Of a DNA stretch of 64,000 bases, positions 22,601-37,600 are shown piece by piece; the stretch's first letter is position 1, and each line of letters opens with the position of its first letter. The notes beneath the pieces are model-generated. The model saw only the letters and a list, made by a program, of their open reading frames with translations. It ran no database searches and was not told the DNA's origin. The stretch comes from Phoronis australis. Lineage: Eukaryota; Animalia; Phoronida. The stretch spans positions 58,279 through 122,278 of the forward strand of contig NMRA01000485.1 in NCBI GenBank assembly GCA_002633005.1, written 5' to 3'. The position numbers were made by a program, and so were the translations under genes.

Positions 22601-25600
22601 TTTGTGTTATAGCTGTTTCTCACTCATTGCACTATCACTTTTTGCAAACTTGAATTTCATTTCATTGGCTTACATTTATTTCTCTAGCAACTTTACCGTA
22701 CTCGAATATAAGGAACAAAACATTACAAAAATATAAAGAAACCATAAAAACTACCTGAAAAACTTTGGGTGCGCTAACTAAACTAGCCAGAGCTGATGAG
22801 AGAGTAGCCGACACGATGCCTACAGTGACCAGCGGGCCCCAGCCAGAGATTAATTGCATCACCTGTAAATACATCATGAAATTACAATATTAACATCATT
22901 TTTAAACTCTATTGGTCTATTTACACCAACCTCTTAGTCGGTGGGCCAGATCTCATAGCGTTCACCCTTGTGAGTACTTTGGGGGGGCAACCTAGTTTTT
23001 TCTATGTGGCTAGATAATATACCCATAAATCAAATTCCAAAAAGTTCCCACGTCTACACTTGCACATTTTTTTAAAAAAAGGTGTTTTTGTTGCACAAAA
23101 TATGATGCACATTCCTGCCACTTGATGGCGCTTTTCTATTGAATTGACCAATCAGAGAGCCAGATTGTATTGTTGTGCTTAGTTACTTCAATATGGCTGC
23201 TCCCATGGAGTGTGATGCCTGTATAATTCAAGGTTTATCAAACAGCACAAAATTGTGATGTCAGAGCCTAAAGAAGCTTAGGAAAGCTTCCTGACGAAAG
23301 CTGATTGACTGTNACCTGTTCCCAGTGGTCTAGAACTCTAGCAATTTAGTGTGTTTAAAGACTGATGTATTTGCATGATCCTAACTATGCTAATGTATAG
23401 CAGGAACTAAACGACATTGCTTTTTGAACATCATCTATGCTAAACAAAGTACAGTATTGACAACTTGTAAATGTGAAAACAAAAAATCTGCAAATAGGTG
23501 ACTTTTGCACTAATGACGAACCTCGCAGGGTCACATAGCCCGAACCATAGTCCTATTCTCCAACACCACATCACCATAGTTACTAGACACGTTTGACTGA
23601 TTTACAGCAGATCATTTTGACACAAAACTCGTTCTTAAAAACATTTGGCAATTTTCAACCTACACATTGTCGCTATATGTTGCATTTCTAACTAATTTGA
23701 CCATGCAATTATAGAGACATGGAATTAGCAAGAAAAGTTCCACTTTAACATGACGTACTCTTCTCTCCACCATATTAATAAGATGGACCGATCCAATACT
23801 TATTTGCTTAGTCCTGTCTATTTTATTATGCTGGTTACACTATGATTGATTATCACAGATGGCATTTATTTATATCTATTGTTTTGCAACAAAATCGGAA
23901 TTAAAGTTTTCAAACTAACTTGATGGACCATAACAACAACAATTCTTCTTTTCTGGACATTACGGTGGATATTAAGTTTATTTACAAGATGCTAGAAAGT
24001 AAACACATCACCTGCTATGTCCATTGTTTGCATCAATTTTAAATTCTATACAGTCAAGGAACACAAACCATTTAAGGGACATTTCTGCTGACACTAGCAT
24101 TAAGCACAAGATTTAAACACTCAATACAATACAATACAATACAATACACACAATGGAATAGGACAACTACCTATACAGATGAATGCGATGGCAATAGCAA
24201 ATGCTAGGAGGTAGGCGCGTCTTGGCTCTTCTGAAGGACCGTACCCTTTGGCAAAGATATGTATGCCAGGGAAAATACCATCTTTACACACGGCCTATAA
24301 ACAATAATGGTTAGCAGGTCACATGGCAACCAATATTAACAATATGTTAATACATCACTGTACAAACTGTACACTAAAGTCATTAGCTAAAATTTGGGAT
24401 AGCGTCAGAGTGCTTATGACAAAAATGATAATTTCAAAATCAACAAAATTTAAACAAAATCTGACTCATTTTATGAGAAAACTTAATGTTTTTAACTTAA
24501 AAATTAAAAATTGTTCTAAAAACTGCAAAAATCTGACAACAAAACGGTTTCATAAATGTGCTTTATTAATTCAAAATTTAAATAAATTCTAGAAACTGCA
24601 AAACTCAAAAGATGTTCTAGTCCGAGGAGATCAACCTAAGCAAAGATTGAAATTGTCACCATTCAAAATGCCGACGTTAACAAACTGAAAGCATGAAGAG
24701 AGAACACTCTGTCATCAGGTTTACAGTAGTATTGTTACTTGGAGAGGAATAAATGTCAAATGCTGAACTTTTGGCCTATTGGATAAAAGACACGGGAAGA
24801 AATTCAAGAACATAAGAACAGAGACGTAGCACAACTGGTAATTAATAACTAGTTCAATTCATGATGACTGACACTGTACTGGTCATAAAATCCTGACTTC
24901 TTTGTGTTATAGCTGTTTCTCACTCATTGCGCTTTCACTTTTTGCAAATTTGAATTTCATTTCATTGGCTTACATTTATTTCTCTAGCAACTTTACCGTA
25001 TTTGAATATAAGGAACAAAACATTACAAAAATATAAAGAAACCATAAAAACTACCTGAAAAACTTTGGGTGCACTAACTAAACTAGCCAGAGCTGACGAG
25101 AGAGTAGCCGACACGATGCCTACAGTGACCAGCGGGCCCCACCCAGAGATTAATTGCATCACCTGTAAATACATCATGACATTACAATATTAACATCATT
25201 TTTAAACTCTATTGGTCTATTTACACCAACCTCTAACCTGTTTCCACATGCACGGCGTTTCAGTCATCATTTCATGATGATCAACGATGAGCACATTTTA
25301 CTAAATTAAATTTTCTTTATTTTTTCTTGATGCTAGCTACGGTTGAATCTGGGATCTTTAGACTGTCAGTCAAGTACTCTAACGACTTCACCTATAGGGG
25401 AGGATCCAGGATTTTTTAAACGGGAGGTCGAATCAAGGATTTTTTAAAGAAGGGGTCCAAGTCAACAATTTGAAAATTATAGATTTAATATCACTAAAAT
25501 GAAGGGAAAAAGGGGGGTGGGACCCTCTTGACCCCTGGATCCGCCTATGAGCTAAAAAAAGCAGCACTTATCACTGACAGAAAACACTGTAACACCAGAT

Positions 25601-28600
25601 GGCCTGAGAAAGGCTGACTAAAGTGTGGTGAAAATGAGAGATTTGTGACCAAGAGGTAACCACATCACCACTTCAAAGCAGTTTTAGGATGTGATGAGGA
25701 GTGAATGGTTGAAACGATTCTCACAGTGATGAGGAGGCCCACCCACACATGAGCTGTATTGCCTGTTAATTCAATGATAATTAGGATGAGAAGCAAAACT
25801 AACGAATGACGATGGGACCAGCTTCAATTTAGCAGTTAATTAATAGTAAAATTATATTACAAATAAAATGTTTGTCTTGAACATCAATTGCTTTTTTCAT
25901 GAATTAAAGCTGTGATCAGCTGCAACTCAAAAAAATCTATTTGTCCGGGGAAACACACAATGTTCAACTTTAAACACAATTCCATTAATTTCCAAGTTTT
26001 TGCATGCTTGATTAGGCACCTTGTATGAAACGACCAGACATTTAGGTCCGCTCTTAAGGCGCTACATTTATGACACTCCTCATTTTAATCTCAGCTCTTA
26101 CATTGCCTGCAAATCAATAACCTGCTTTTCACCAGAATTGGTACCAATTATTATACATATCACATGACCTGCACCACTGGCAACTTATCAACTTGAAGTC
26201 GCACTTTGGTAAAATACCCAGCAGACAATAAAAATCTCTGGCTTTTGACCGCCCACACTCAACACGACACCTACTCTGTAGAAAGCAGAATACACGAGTT
26301 ATGAGAACATTGTATCAAGGATACCCATGACTGCAGTCAGAAAGTGAAAAAGGATCTTTGGATCATAGGAAAAGAAATGTGACAAAAGAACTATGAAGAA
26401 AATTAAAGTGGTTGTAATGACACTATTTGACTGTGCTGTTTGCGGGGACGACAATTACCTACCACGCTGTCTTGAATCTAACCAATTTTTTTTCATTTTC
26501 CTATATTCCAAACTTGCTTTTGAGCTTGTTCTGAATACCTACAGATTTTTCAAAACATTTTAATGAAAAAAAAAAGAATTTGAACTGTCGGTCAAATGCA
26601 ATCCTAAATTGTTGAGATTTTGTAAAGTGCATTAATTTACCTGCATGCTGTTGAGGAGTCCATATTGACACCCTTCAGACGGACAGGTGACGTTGAATAC
26701 CAACTCCGACACGAGTTCACCAGTAGCATCACGTACAGCGACACTGCCAACCAGCCAGCCAATCAGAAGGTAGGTCACAGTGGAAATCAAGATGGCCAAC
26801 AACGTCCCCTTGGGTATCGCTGTCTGGGCATTCTGTAAGAAACAGCATTACATGACTAACGTAAAGGGAGACAACTACACTAAGTGCAAAACAATAAGTC
26901 AATAGGTCAGACAGAAGCCAAGGGTACTGCTGCCACCTATCTGTAGTTAGGAAAACTTCACAGCAAGTGAACGATGAGGACACCATTGACTTAAAAATCG
27001 TGATGAGGAGTGACATTATTTTTACGTTTTACTCCAAAAACAGTACTTCTCACAGCAAGAGAAACCATAGAGCCGTTGTGTAGTCATCGGTCACTAGGGT
27101 AAATGCAAACCAACTTGCACCAATGTAAGCCAAACCTAAGTACAAAAAATGAATTAAATCCCATTTGATTTGCCAGATAAACAGATATCTTAAAACAGAT
27201 ATCTCCCAACTCAAGCCCGAGACTTATTTCACCTAATTTCACATCAAATGAACTAGAGATAAGGATCCTTGAACTTGAGTAAAGGCACACAATAGTTTTC
27301 CCAGATGGATGAGAACACAATTGTACAAGCCGAATCAAGATGGAACTTTTCCGAGCATGGCACAGATCTTCAGACCACATGTGGTTAGGGTTATGTACTG
27401 TCTTAACCAGAAGTTTGTGAATTTAGCCAAATAAACAAGATCGTTGAACTTCATTTTATTTCAATTGGTAAAATCATATTTTCTGAGGAAGTGAATCTCT
27501 TATATCATCCAATGTCTTTTTAGTAAAATTATTAAGCAAAAAGAAACTGATAAAATCACAACAAAACAACACCGACCACATTTTGTTTGTTATAAAACAA
27601 TGTTCAAGATGAAGTCTCAAAAAAGCTGTTACAATTTTCACAGTTACTATTTTTATTTCATTTTATGCAACTTTTCCTTGTTTTTGAAAGGCCTTTCAGC
27701 CCGAGAGCTCATCCATCAAAAATCAAGACATCGTCTTTATGAAACGGTGACATTTCCATTGTTGACAACGTAGTTCTCTGCGTAAGAGGCCTTAAAAAGA
27801 CACACTTACTGTGCAGCTATTAGAACAAACAAGCAAAATTTGCAAGTTAAATGAAAAATCAGGCTTGTCAGTCTCCATAAAAATCGACATTTTTATACAA
27901 GAACACAGTTACACGATTACAAACATCTGAGCATTTATGAAAGACTCTAATCATCAAGTACTTTCAAAATATCTAAGTTTTATGGATATACTAATGATAA
28001 TTGAGGTAGCCTATTTATAAATTTGAGTGTTTTCGTCATAAAGTAAAAAATAATACAGGTCCTACATACTGAAAAGAAAACAATCCCGTAACCTTAAACT
28101 GTATATTAATGATGATGGCTTGTTTCACATGTGCTTAAGGTCAAATGAGGAGCATTCAATAAGCAGTTATTTCAATCAAAAGTGCCGATCCCCATGATGC
28201 CAGTGCAGTTTGTTAAGATTAGTGGCAATGTTTTTAACAATTTGATAAGTACGCATAAGGAAGATGAGTGGAATTAGTTGTGTTAGAAAGTGTTCAATCG
28301 TTGACCTTTAAAATGACTTGCGTACCAATTAAGACTAAGATCAATGGAATTATTACTTACATTATCTCGTACATGTCACTGATGATATCCGAATAATTAC
28401 CAGTTAAGTAATCTCGTACACGTCGCTCATGTCATCCACATAATTATCAGTTAATAATCATTTTAACATCTAATGATAAGACGATGTATTGTTCAAAAAC
28501 CAAAACCAAGATCATGGACGACGGAGAAGAAATCTTGGACTGTCATTTGAAATTCGTGAATAGACTTGTACACAGATCCCAATAGACAAAGTCATCTGAT

Positions 28601-31600
28601 ATCATGGGTGTTAATCTAGCTTCCCTTGTGTCAAGCAGAGCAATAACCCCAATAGTGATACTTAGGGGTGGCAACTTGAATTATTCCAACTATAGTGGAC
28701 TAAAATTGGTGGCTTTTTCGATTTGTTTAGCCTAAACATTTGAATTACCATTAAAAGTTATGTTGAACTCATTTTTTGAAGAGATGCAATAAAAATTAGA
28801 CAAAAACGATAAGTTATTAACCATAAGTTTCATACCCGGTAACCAGGGTACATAGTTGCTTAGGAATATAACAAAAGATCACCAGATTGTTTCTCAAAAG
28901 ACTATCTTGCAATCTTATCTCGTCTGGACATGAAACTGTACAAGAAATTTTTGCAATGAGTCAAAAAATCATGTGAAGAAAAACCAAAAAAGGTTCTGGA
29001 ATAATATTGCCTTTTCCACATTTGACAAGTAATGCATGAAGTTACCTATCAATAAGATTATAACATTGGTATCAACAACAGTACAAGATGACCTATGACC
29101 TGTGACCATACCTCCAAATCCCCCGATATGTTGGCACCAGCCAGTATCCCAGTGGCTGCTGGGAAAAATAATGCAAACACGGAGAAGAAGGTCTCACCCT
29201 CAGGGTAGGACGGGCCGAAGTTCTGGATGAAGATCTCTCCTGAAATCATCATTTCAAGACAACTTTCATACAGGCTATAAATAAAGCAGTTTAAATTTAC
29301 AATACTGGTTTTATGGACGAACAACACATTTTTGGGATTATCGTTCATGGGATAGACTCTGAACATGACGGTGATGTCCTAGTGACTTTCTCTTTTGGAA
29401 CTCTAGATTTTTGCCATCTGACACAACAGAAGACCTTGAACAAGTTGGAATTGGCAAATTTAAAGGGAATTGGGTTTAAAGCCAAAAAACAAAATTTTGG
29501 GGATATGGGAGACTTCCAGAGGCAACGTGGTGATTGGTCACATGAAACCAGATGCCAGTGCCCTCTAGAGGATGAGGAGGTACTTCATAACTGTTGTCTA
29601 AGGGACTTTTCACAAAGGCAAACATTCCCATATGCCACCCGCTGTGAAGACTAAGTAACTCCTGGTACAGCTAGGTGGCGCTATGAGTCACTAGTCCCAC
29701 ACGATCAGCCGACATTGGGATACTTCAGCTTAAAGTCCCCAGCTTCGACCAGAGCTATAAAACTCTAATAGTCACTTACAATAGTTCCGCATTTTCCTGT
29801 ACTGAATAACAGGCATCAAAAACGTTCTCAAAATCCACAAACCACGAAATGACTAATGCCCATGAAACAACAAAATACGTTGTTCTAGTGATTTTATTAC
29901 AAATCCGAAATTCTCGTCGCTGCCTGCGAGATATTGGCTGAAATCAAGGCCAGTGACTTAACCAGATTAATACGCGTAAATACCTGTTGACACTTGTCAA
30001 CTGGGACTTAGGTCCAACTACACAGCGTTAGACTGCAATCGATGGACATCCACGTTTGCTTCCGCTCATCTTAAAATATTTCTTTTGTCACCAATAACAT
30101 CTCTTCGAGTACGATGATTTCAGTAATTAAAAATCAGGGTTCACTTAGGCTAGTTTAAAATTTGTGGTAAAACACGACATAACAAACACTACCCCCCTTG
30201 GCTACAGTGAGCGTTGAACAGACTAATGATAAAGCTGGGGCGATATACAGCATGCAGTTGGGCAGGTGAAATTCAAAAAGGTTTGACGAACAAAACCGCA
30301 ACTAAACCACTGTACCTTTGGTTCACAATAACTTGATTGTTCTATTTATTTTGTTAAATCAGTACACACTCCGATCACACGTTCAAATTACAACAGAAAG
30401 TAAACCCCATAGTTTACATAACTCACCGCTGTATCCATGAAATCCTTCACTCTTTTTCTCAACAGATGGCGGTATAAATGTTCCAATGACTAGATTTAAC
30501 ATGGCAATGATGAGCAACCCTAACAACACGACTTGCGCCTGAAAAAAGAAATTAAACAAGTTAAACCATAGTGGGGAAATGTAATCTTTCACATTCCACA
30601 GTTCAATTAAATTTCAGAAACAAATATTTTTTGATGTCACTTTAATTTACGTTGAGCAAGAACATAATAAACGATATCTAGGACTTTTATAAACGACCTC
30701 AACTCTAAGTCAAATATCGAAACAACTATACATTTTTATGGTTGGTCAACCTCAATACACCTCGAGGCATTTTCTTGAGTCAGTATTGGATTACATTTCC
30801 TTCAGCTGTAGATTTTCTTCTTTGTTGAATTGTTTTTTCTTTTCTTTTTCGGTAACGCAAATAGAATCCCATCGTGGTAAAGAATATTACAAGGCCGCCT
30901 TTTTTAATTACAATTTTCTAGCCACCTAAATAGGGCAAAATGCAGCGTTAACCATTAAAATTCTCAGATGTAAATGCAAATTTCGTGAACGCTATGATTG
31001 CTATCTTTTGCTGTGTAGTGGAACGCCAATAGCGGTTGGCTCGTTTCAGCTTCACTAAAGAGTCAGTACACATGTAAATGGGAAGTCGATGCCAAATAAA
31101 TCAACAACAACCTCCAGATTGACTGGGCCTACTACTACTACACCATAATTCTTGATCCAACATATGGCCATGACAATTTCGCTGGTTATTGTCACTTGAT
31201 TTATAGCAATAGTGATTAATCTGCTCCAGCCATGGGCTCAAATAATGACTACTTGATGTCTGTGATCAGACTGTCATTAATCTCAAGGGCTGCAATCAAT
31301 GGTCAAGACCACCATATTCGTTGTAATAAACACTCCGCAAACGACTCGGCAAATTTTAATTTCAATTCAGATGGATTACAAAAAGCTGCTGAAAATCAGT
31401 TGACCACAGGATGCTGCCTTTCTTTTCAGAAAACAAAGGCCAAACAAAATAAAAATAAAAATCATTAATTTTAAGTATATTCGCAAATAACTCCTAACAT
31501 TTAAACAGCAAAGGTGTCGACACATTTCTGAATATAGACCACATTAAATTTGACAATTTTCTTCTAGAAAAAATTACTAATTAAGCCACTTGAAGAAATT

Positions 31601-34600
31601 AATTTGGGACACAAGGTTGAACCTTAAAGAGTCTTTAATTTAGAACACAATGCAGTATTTTCATCAAATTTTCAACAACGTAAACAAAAGAAACCGTTAC
31701 TTCTTGACTTGGATAAGAAGTACAGCTTAGCTGTAGTTAACAACACACGGCGGAATGTGAACGTTTGCACAGTGAGCTTTTGAAACTAAGTGGGGAATGA
31801 TTTTTTGTTTGAATTCGGGGAAACTTTTAGCGTAGTGACATTTCACCGACAAACTGCATCTCTAACTGCATACTATGGTCGCTTGCAATTACTCACACTT
31901 GATTACTTTATGGCTCACGAACAGTATTAAACTGACTGTATCTGCAGCTGGACTCTCATCCAAACCTCATTAAAGTGAATGTTTGTGTCCGAATGCAGCT
32001 GGCATGCATAAAAGTAGCAAGGGTATAAACACTTCCACTCAACAACACGTTTTCCTCCAAAGTAATAAAAATTAATTGAACACGAATATTCAGAAGTGTT
32101 GCAATCGATATATTCCTGACGTAACGATTGCACAGTAATCAGATTAGGAAACATGCAAGGTCCTGAACATTTTAAATGAAAGAAATGGTCAACACTCAGG
32201 TAAATGTAATTTCCATACGTTGCAGTGTGCCATTTTTGTAGGAAAATTTCCAAGCATGAAAAGTTTGACCAACTCAAAATGTGTAATATACCGTACTCGT
32301 CTGGGTTAGCGCCCAGGGCGCTTAAAATAGGAATCTAAAAAACAGGGGGGGGGGCAGTAAGCTGAGTGTGGGCGGTAACCCGGACGAGTACAGTATAAGT
32401 TAACTTTACCATAGTACGCATTATGGCAGTCAGTTGGAATTTCATTCCGTCAGTTTTTCAACAAAACTAAGGATTAAACTTCGCCTATCATCAGTTTTAT
32501 TTAAAACTGTGATGAAATGACACTTCGTGCAGTAGCAATGGAATCAGTCTTCCAAAATTGAAATATTGGCACTTTCTGTCATTATTATACACCACACCGT
32601 AATATACACTGAAGATCACCCAAAAATTATGTTAAGCAGAAAGATGTCTACATACGGCCGTTTAAAGTTATGTAACAGTCATACTGAAGTATTAGCAACA
32701 AGGAAATTTTCACAACAATAACGAGTTCAATCCACTAAAAATTACGAACATAGCTGTTATAAGAAAAACTACGACTGAAATGAAAATGTTTTACTAACAA
32801 ACTACTCAACAAGTGGTCACACGGAAAGTCCAATCGTATTATTCGCACCGTAGTCACCATAAATTGGATAAAGTAACTTGCTTTATTAGTAAAATTAATT
32901 GGTCTCTTTCTCAAACGATCATTTACAGTCTGCAGCTTGGTGACAGCAAACAAACAAAAGACAGGAAATACAGGGTATTATGAATGGCAAACTGAAGATT
33001 ATTCACCTGTACAAATCAGATAGTGTACCTTTAATTGCACACTGCTACTTCCTTCCCCAGGTTAACATTTACTCTACAGCAGGACAGCAATAGTAGCCTC
33101 ACCCAGAAAGGACAATTTAAAGGTGCCACACATAAATACCATCAAGCAAAATGACGAACTGTAGCATACTCATTTAAATTCTAAATTTTGGAACACGTCG
33201 CTTTAATTCACAACACTACCATTTGACATATCCATCAATCATCACGTAGAGCTCAGCAATAGGAATTAACGAGCAGTGGAAATCCAGAAAAGACATTTTA
33301 ATTTAAAGATGGTGCCTACAGTACACGCCAAAAATTAGCAGACAAAATGATCCCAACTTCGCCCATTGTGACGGATGAGCCCAAGCGGAATTCCATTTCA
33401 TACTGGCTGAATGCAGATGGAGTTCATGTTAATGAAGCAGTAACCAGAACGTCCTCTTATGACGGTGTGATGATATTTCACTTAATGTACTTTTGATGTG
33501 TACTGTAGAAACTCTACCAGCATTTGAACTGAAAGCATTATACTAAGTTGGACAAAAACATGGTGGCTCACTTCACAAACATGGCAACAATTGCTTAGCG
33601 AACTTGTCGCACCTGACTCTAAAAGAGTGGAGGTTAATGGCTTCAGCTTTTGACATTTATCGCAGGTTAATGACACGAAGACACCTACAAGGTAAGACTT
33701 TACTAACGCACTTCTTGCATAAACCTTTCCAATCCATATCTTATGAAATTATTTTTTTAAATAATAGGTGAAATTTACACCTGCAAACGTCTCTAAAAGA
33801 GTGGAGATTAATGACTTCAGCTTTTGACATTTATCGCAGGTTAATGACACGAAGACACCTACAGGGTAAGACTTTACTAACGCACTTCTTGCATAAACCT
33901 TTCCAATCCATATCTTACGAAATAATTTTTTTAAATAATAGGTGCAATTTACACCTGTAAACGAGAGGGCAGCTATTATAAATGTTACAAAATCTTGGTT
34001 TCGTGGCAATCTATTTGTTTCAAAAAGTTGGGCAGACCACAGTACAACCCCAAAAGTATTCTGACAAAGAGATCTCAAATCCCTGCCCCGATGGCCAAAA
34101 GTAGAATTCTTCATCACTAGTAGCCTTGACACATTGATGGTTCGATTTGATACGAAAGGTGAACTTGGGAGTCACTGGCAGGTGTCGCTGTCAATAACAT
34201 TATGCGTTGTGCTGTAATTTATTTGACAATATTTTATTCGCATAATCACCTGTCTTTTACTCTCGCTTCAGTCCCTTACCATCCGATACCATGTATTTAA
34301 AAATATGCCTACAAAATGTTTTCGAAGTGACAACTTTGCCCCCCATGCATAAAACTGCGATAACTTCAGTATTCTTCACCTACTGAAGCCAATCTGAAAG
34401 GTTCAAATAACTTCACTTTACACATTAGCCTCCTAAAAAACTAGTCGAGTTAAAGACCTCATCTCAAGGGATCTTTCTTGTTCAAAAACGCTTGAAAATT
34501 TAATTAAGTACCGAAATATGTTTCTTTCCACTTTTCCGACATAAGACTACAACTTTAAGCTTCCCTTTTTTAATGCAATTTTGTACAACTGCAGTGGAAA

Positions 34601-37600
34601 ATTGAAATCTACCAGTTGTGTACAAATTCAAGGATTTGTATCTCCCCTTGACGGTCTTCTCATTCAATTGTTCCTGAACGAATTTCACTTCCGACTCTGC
34701 GGTAAGGCTAAAATGACAAAGTGGCAACCGGTTCCCGATAGTGCCCAGTGCTAAATTTTATGGATTTTTAGCCGACTGCGATTTTGTCAGGATGACCCCA
34801 TAGGTCATTTCTTTGTAACATACTTTAACACCCTAATATATACTTTATTGAAATCACATACATATCAGATATATAATAGATAATTTTGGTTACTTTGAAC
34901 CAAAAGCTCAGTCTTGAACTATGTCGCAGCACAGAATATATAAACCACAGTGCATCATTTTAAACATTATGCCCCAGTCCCATGTAAGAACGGATGAACG
35001 CGGCAATCCCGGAAAATGTTGGATCCGGCTGGATCTAGGATAATCCATAATCATTTTGTTCAACATAGACCATCATTCCGACAAATGTCACAGCGGAGGC
35101 AAAATGAATGCTACAAGGACAAAGGCTAGCACAGAAGGACAAACACGGCAGCAATACGAAAGCAACAAGGTGCCCACACCGGCAACCACGAACAGTTCTG
35201 GACACTCAATGCAGAATGACCGACCAACAGGTCATAGACACCGACCCCACAAAAAGTCAAAAGTTTGTAAAAAACATAGACTGATTTTGGTGATTCTGTC
35301 ATTCTGCATATGGATCTTGGATGTGTATTCGGTGTTCTTCCACGTACTTGCCGTGTTTCTACGCTGTTTGTCCATGTTGGCACCCTATTCCTCTGTAGCA
35401 GCCCCATGTTCATTTGTGATGGAAGCTCAGGAAATCTTACTGTACCTGCCTGTTCCGTGTAGCTGCCATGTTGGGTTCAAAGAATGAATAGCTCAAGGCT
35501 TTAGTCTTTGTTGCCAAAATTGCTATTGCTTGACCCAATTTTGAAAATTCAAGAACCGACAGTTTAATTTTTATTCATCTATTCATACTTTATAGTTTTC
35601 ATTAGTTTTCCTGACCCAAAATGAAAACAGAAACATAGAGCCTAGATGCTTTTAACAGTTAGATAATTATGTGCCAAGAAACTGTACCCTCATTATGTGA
35701 CCTAGTGAATACAGCCACTCTATTGATACCTTTCCCCCTATGAATGGAATGTGAATAGAAGGGGTCCACCTGACCATAAAGCATTGGAGAAATTCATTTA
35801 AAAGAGTTTTTCAGATCCGTCCATCACCATTTTTATGGCTAGCAGGGTGAGAAGGAGCCTAAGAAATAATTGTAAAGTATAGCAACCACCATAAAAATGT
35901 TTTACACAGAACCAAGACACCTTAAGTTGGCAAAGTTATCCATCATGGAAAACGGGAGACATGAATGTTAACATGAAAAGGTGTCACAGCCGAAGTTGAA
36001 TCTATCCGCAAATTTGCTCGTGGCATATTGATAAGAACAAGTCTACAAAATTTCATTCATCAAGGGTTTTAGAGATACAAGAACGAATGCCTATTCGGAT
36101 GGACAGAGTTGACGGCAGAAATGATCAGCAAGGCAGACAACGACAGGAGGGTGTTATTCAGATACCAGTCATTTCTCGACTGGGTGATTATCTCACAACT
36201 GTCTTCACAAGGTTGTTGACTTCAGAAGACTTAATGATCGAAAAAAGAACATAATGACACGTAGTAAATGACAAATAATGATTCTTACAGCGAAAAGAAA
36301 TTGTTAGCGACCAAATATTAAGGTGCAATTTGAAGAGAGGTTATTAATAGCCACTTTACAACATAACATGTTTTGTTCGTGACAGACTACCCTGAAAATC
36401 CTTCTCTAATTTTCGGGTCGGTCGAAATTCCTGAGTAAACCACATGCCTTTATTTGGCATGTAACATGCGATTTCACGCTAATGCACATTAGCTGATGGA
36501 GTAAGATAAGAGTTGCCTAACAAAACAACACGTCTATTTTCACTTTTTCGCTCTTCCGATGGATTTAAACTAATAGAAAATTAGAAATCTTCATAAAATT
36601 TTATCTCCATACGTGCTCTCTCCGTAAATATCGGTGAAGTTTTAGTTGAGGTTGCTCCATCTAAGGTTGCAGATTTAGGGATTAAAGTAAATTTCATAGC
36701 ATTTTCATTACATTCTTTAAAATTGTTACGCAACTTAACAATCACTACTGCATTGTGGGATATTCAAATGATTTGTACAAAAAGACTTCCCTCATAACAT
36801 TACAATGCATAAATGTCGTTAATACTGTCTATTCTGTAAGAGAGATTGCTAATTCATCACAATTTAAAAATTTTTATTTCCTTAAAATTGTGTTCTTTTG
36901 GTAACCTTATGCAAGGCAGACATACTGATAGAGTGATAAAAATATAACCTCATGACATACTTCAACGCCATACATTAATAGATTTAAAGTCCTTTGTATG
37001 ATTAAGCCGCCCTGTTGTTTTACATAACCTACAGTGGTATGAAGGCTATGACTTACCACGATTATATGAAGGCTATGACTTACCACGATTATATGAAGGC
37101 TACGACTTACCATGATTATATGAACTAAGTATAACCAACTTCAGCAGCTCATTCATGCATTTTGTCACTAAACTGAAACCGACTTCAGATTTTCTTTTCC
37201 TGTAGGAAAAAAATTTCCTGGTGGCTTTTTGTTCAGCGACGTCTGCAGGGGCCCGTTCCAAGAAACTGACTTAAATTCAATTTTGATGTGAGTCTAAGAT
37301 TTGTCTCAACTTCCAAACTTCCACATGCGTAAGTTAGTCAAAATTAAGACAAAACTTAAGTCAAAAACTTATAAGTCAAACTTAAGATCATCTCTTTTTC
37401 GAAACGGACTTCAGACAAATTTAAGTTTTATGATCCTAAAACTGACAGAAATTTAAGATTTGTCTTTAGTTAGCTAAGTCATTTTTTTTGGAACGGGCCC
37501 CAGGTCCTTTGCGGAGTATCAACTTTATTTACATTGAACTATGGTATTTGTTAGTATGTAGTGAGTATAAAGAATATAACTACTCCTAACAGAAACCTCA

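Larger units (their letters stand above)
23314..25234. other. Redundant haplotype copy of 20986-22934
   Basis: Starts right after the N at 23313 with acctgttcccagtggtctagaac, the same as 20986. Colinear with SNPs and indels. Confidence 0.88.

Noticed and set aside
4251-28400. Other CTGATGA heptamers (for example 4252, 6564, 12682, 14842, 28379) as hammerheads
   Set aside because: No downstream stem II, GAAA and UH arrangement.
35056-35487. 143-aa ORF in an intron
   Set aside because: No recognisable domain, non-ATG start and no supporting splice structure.
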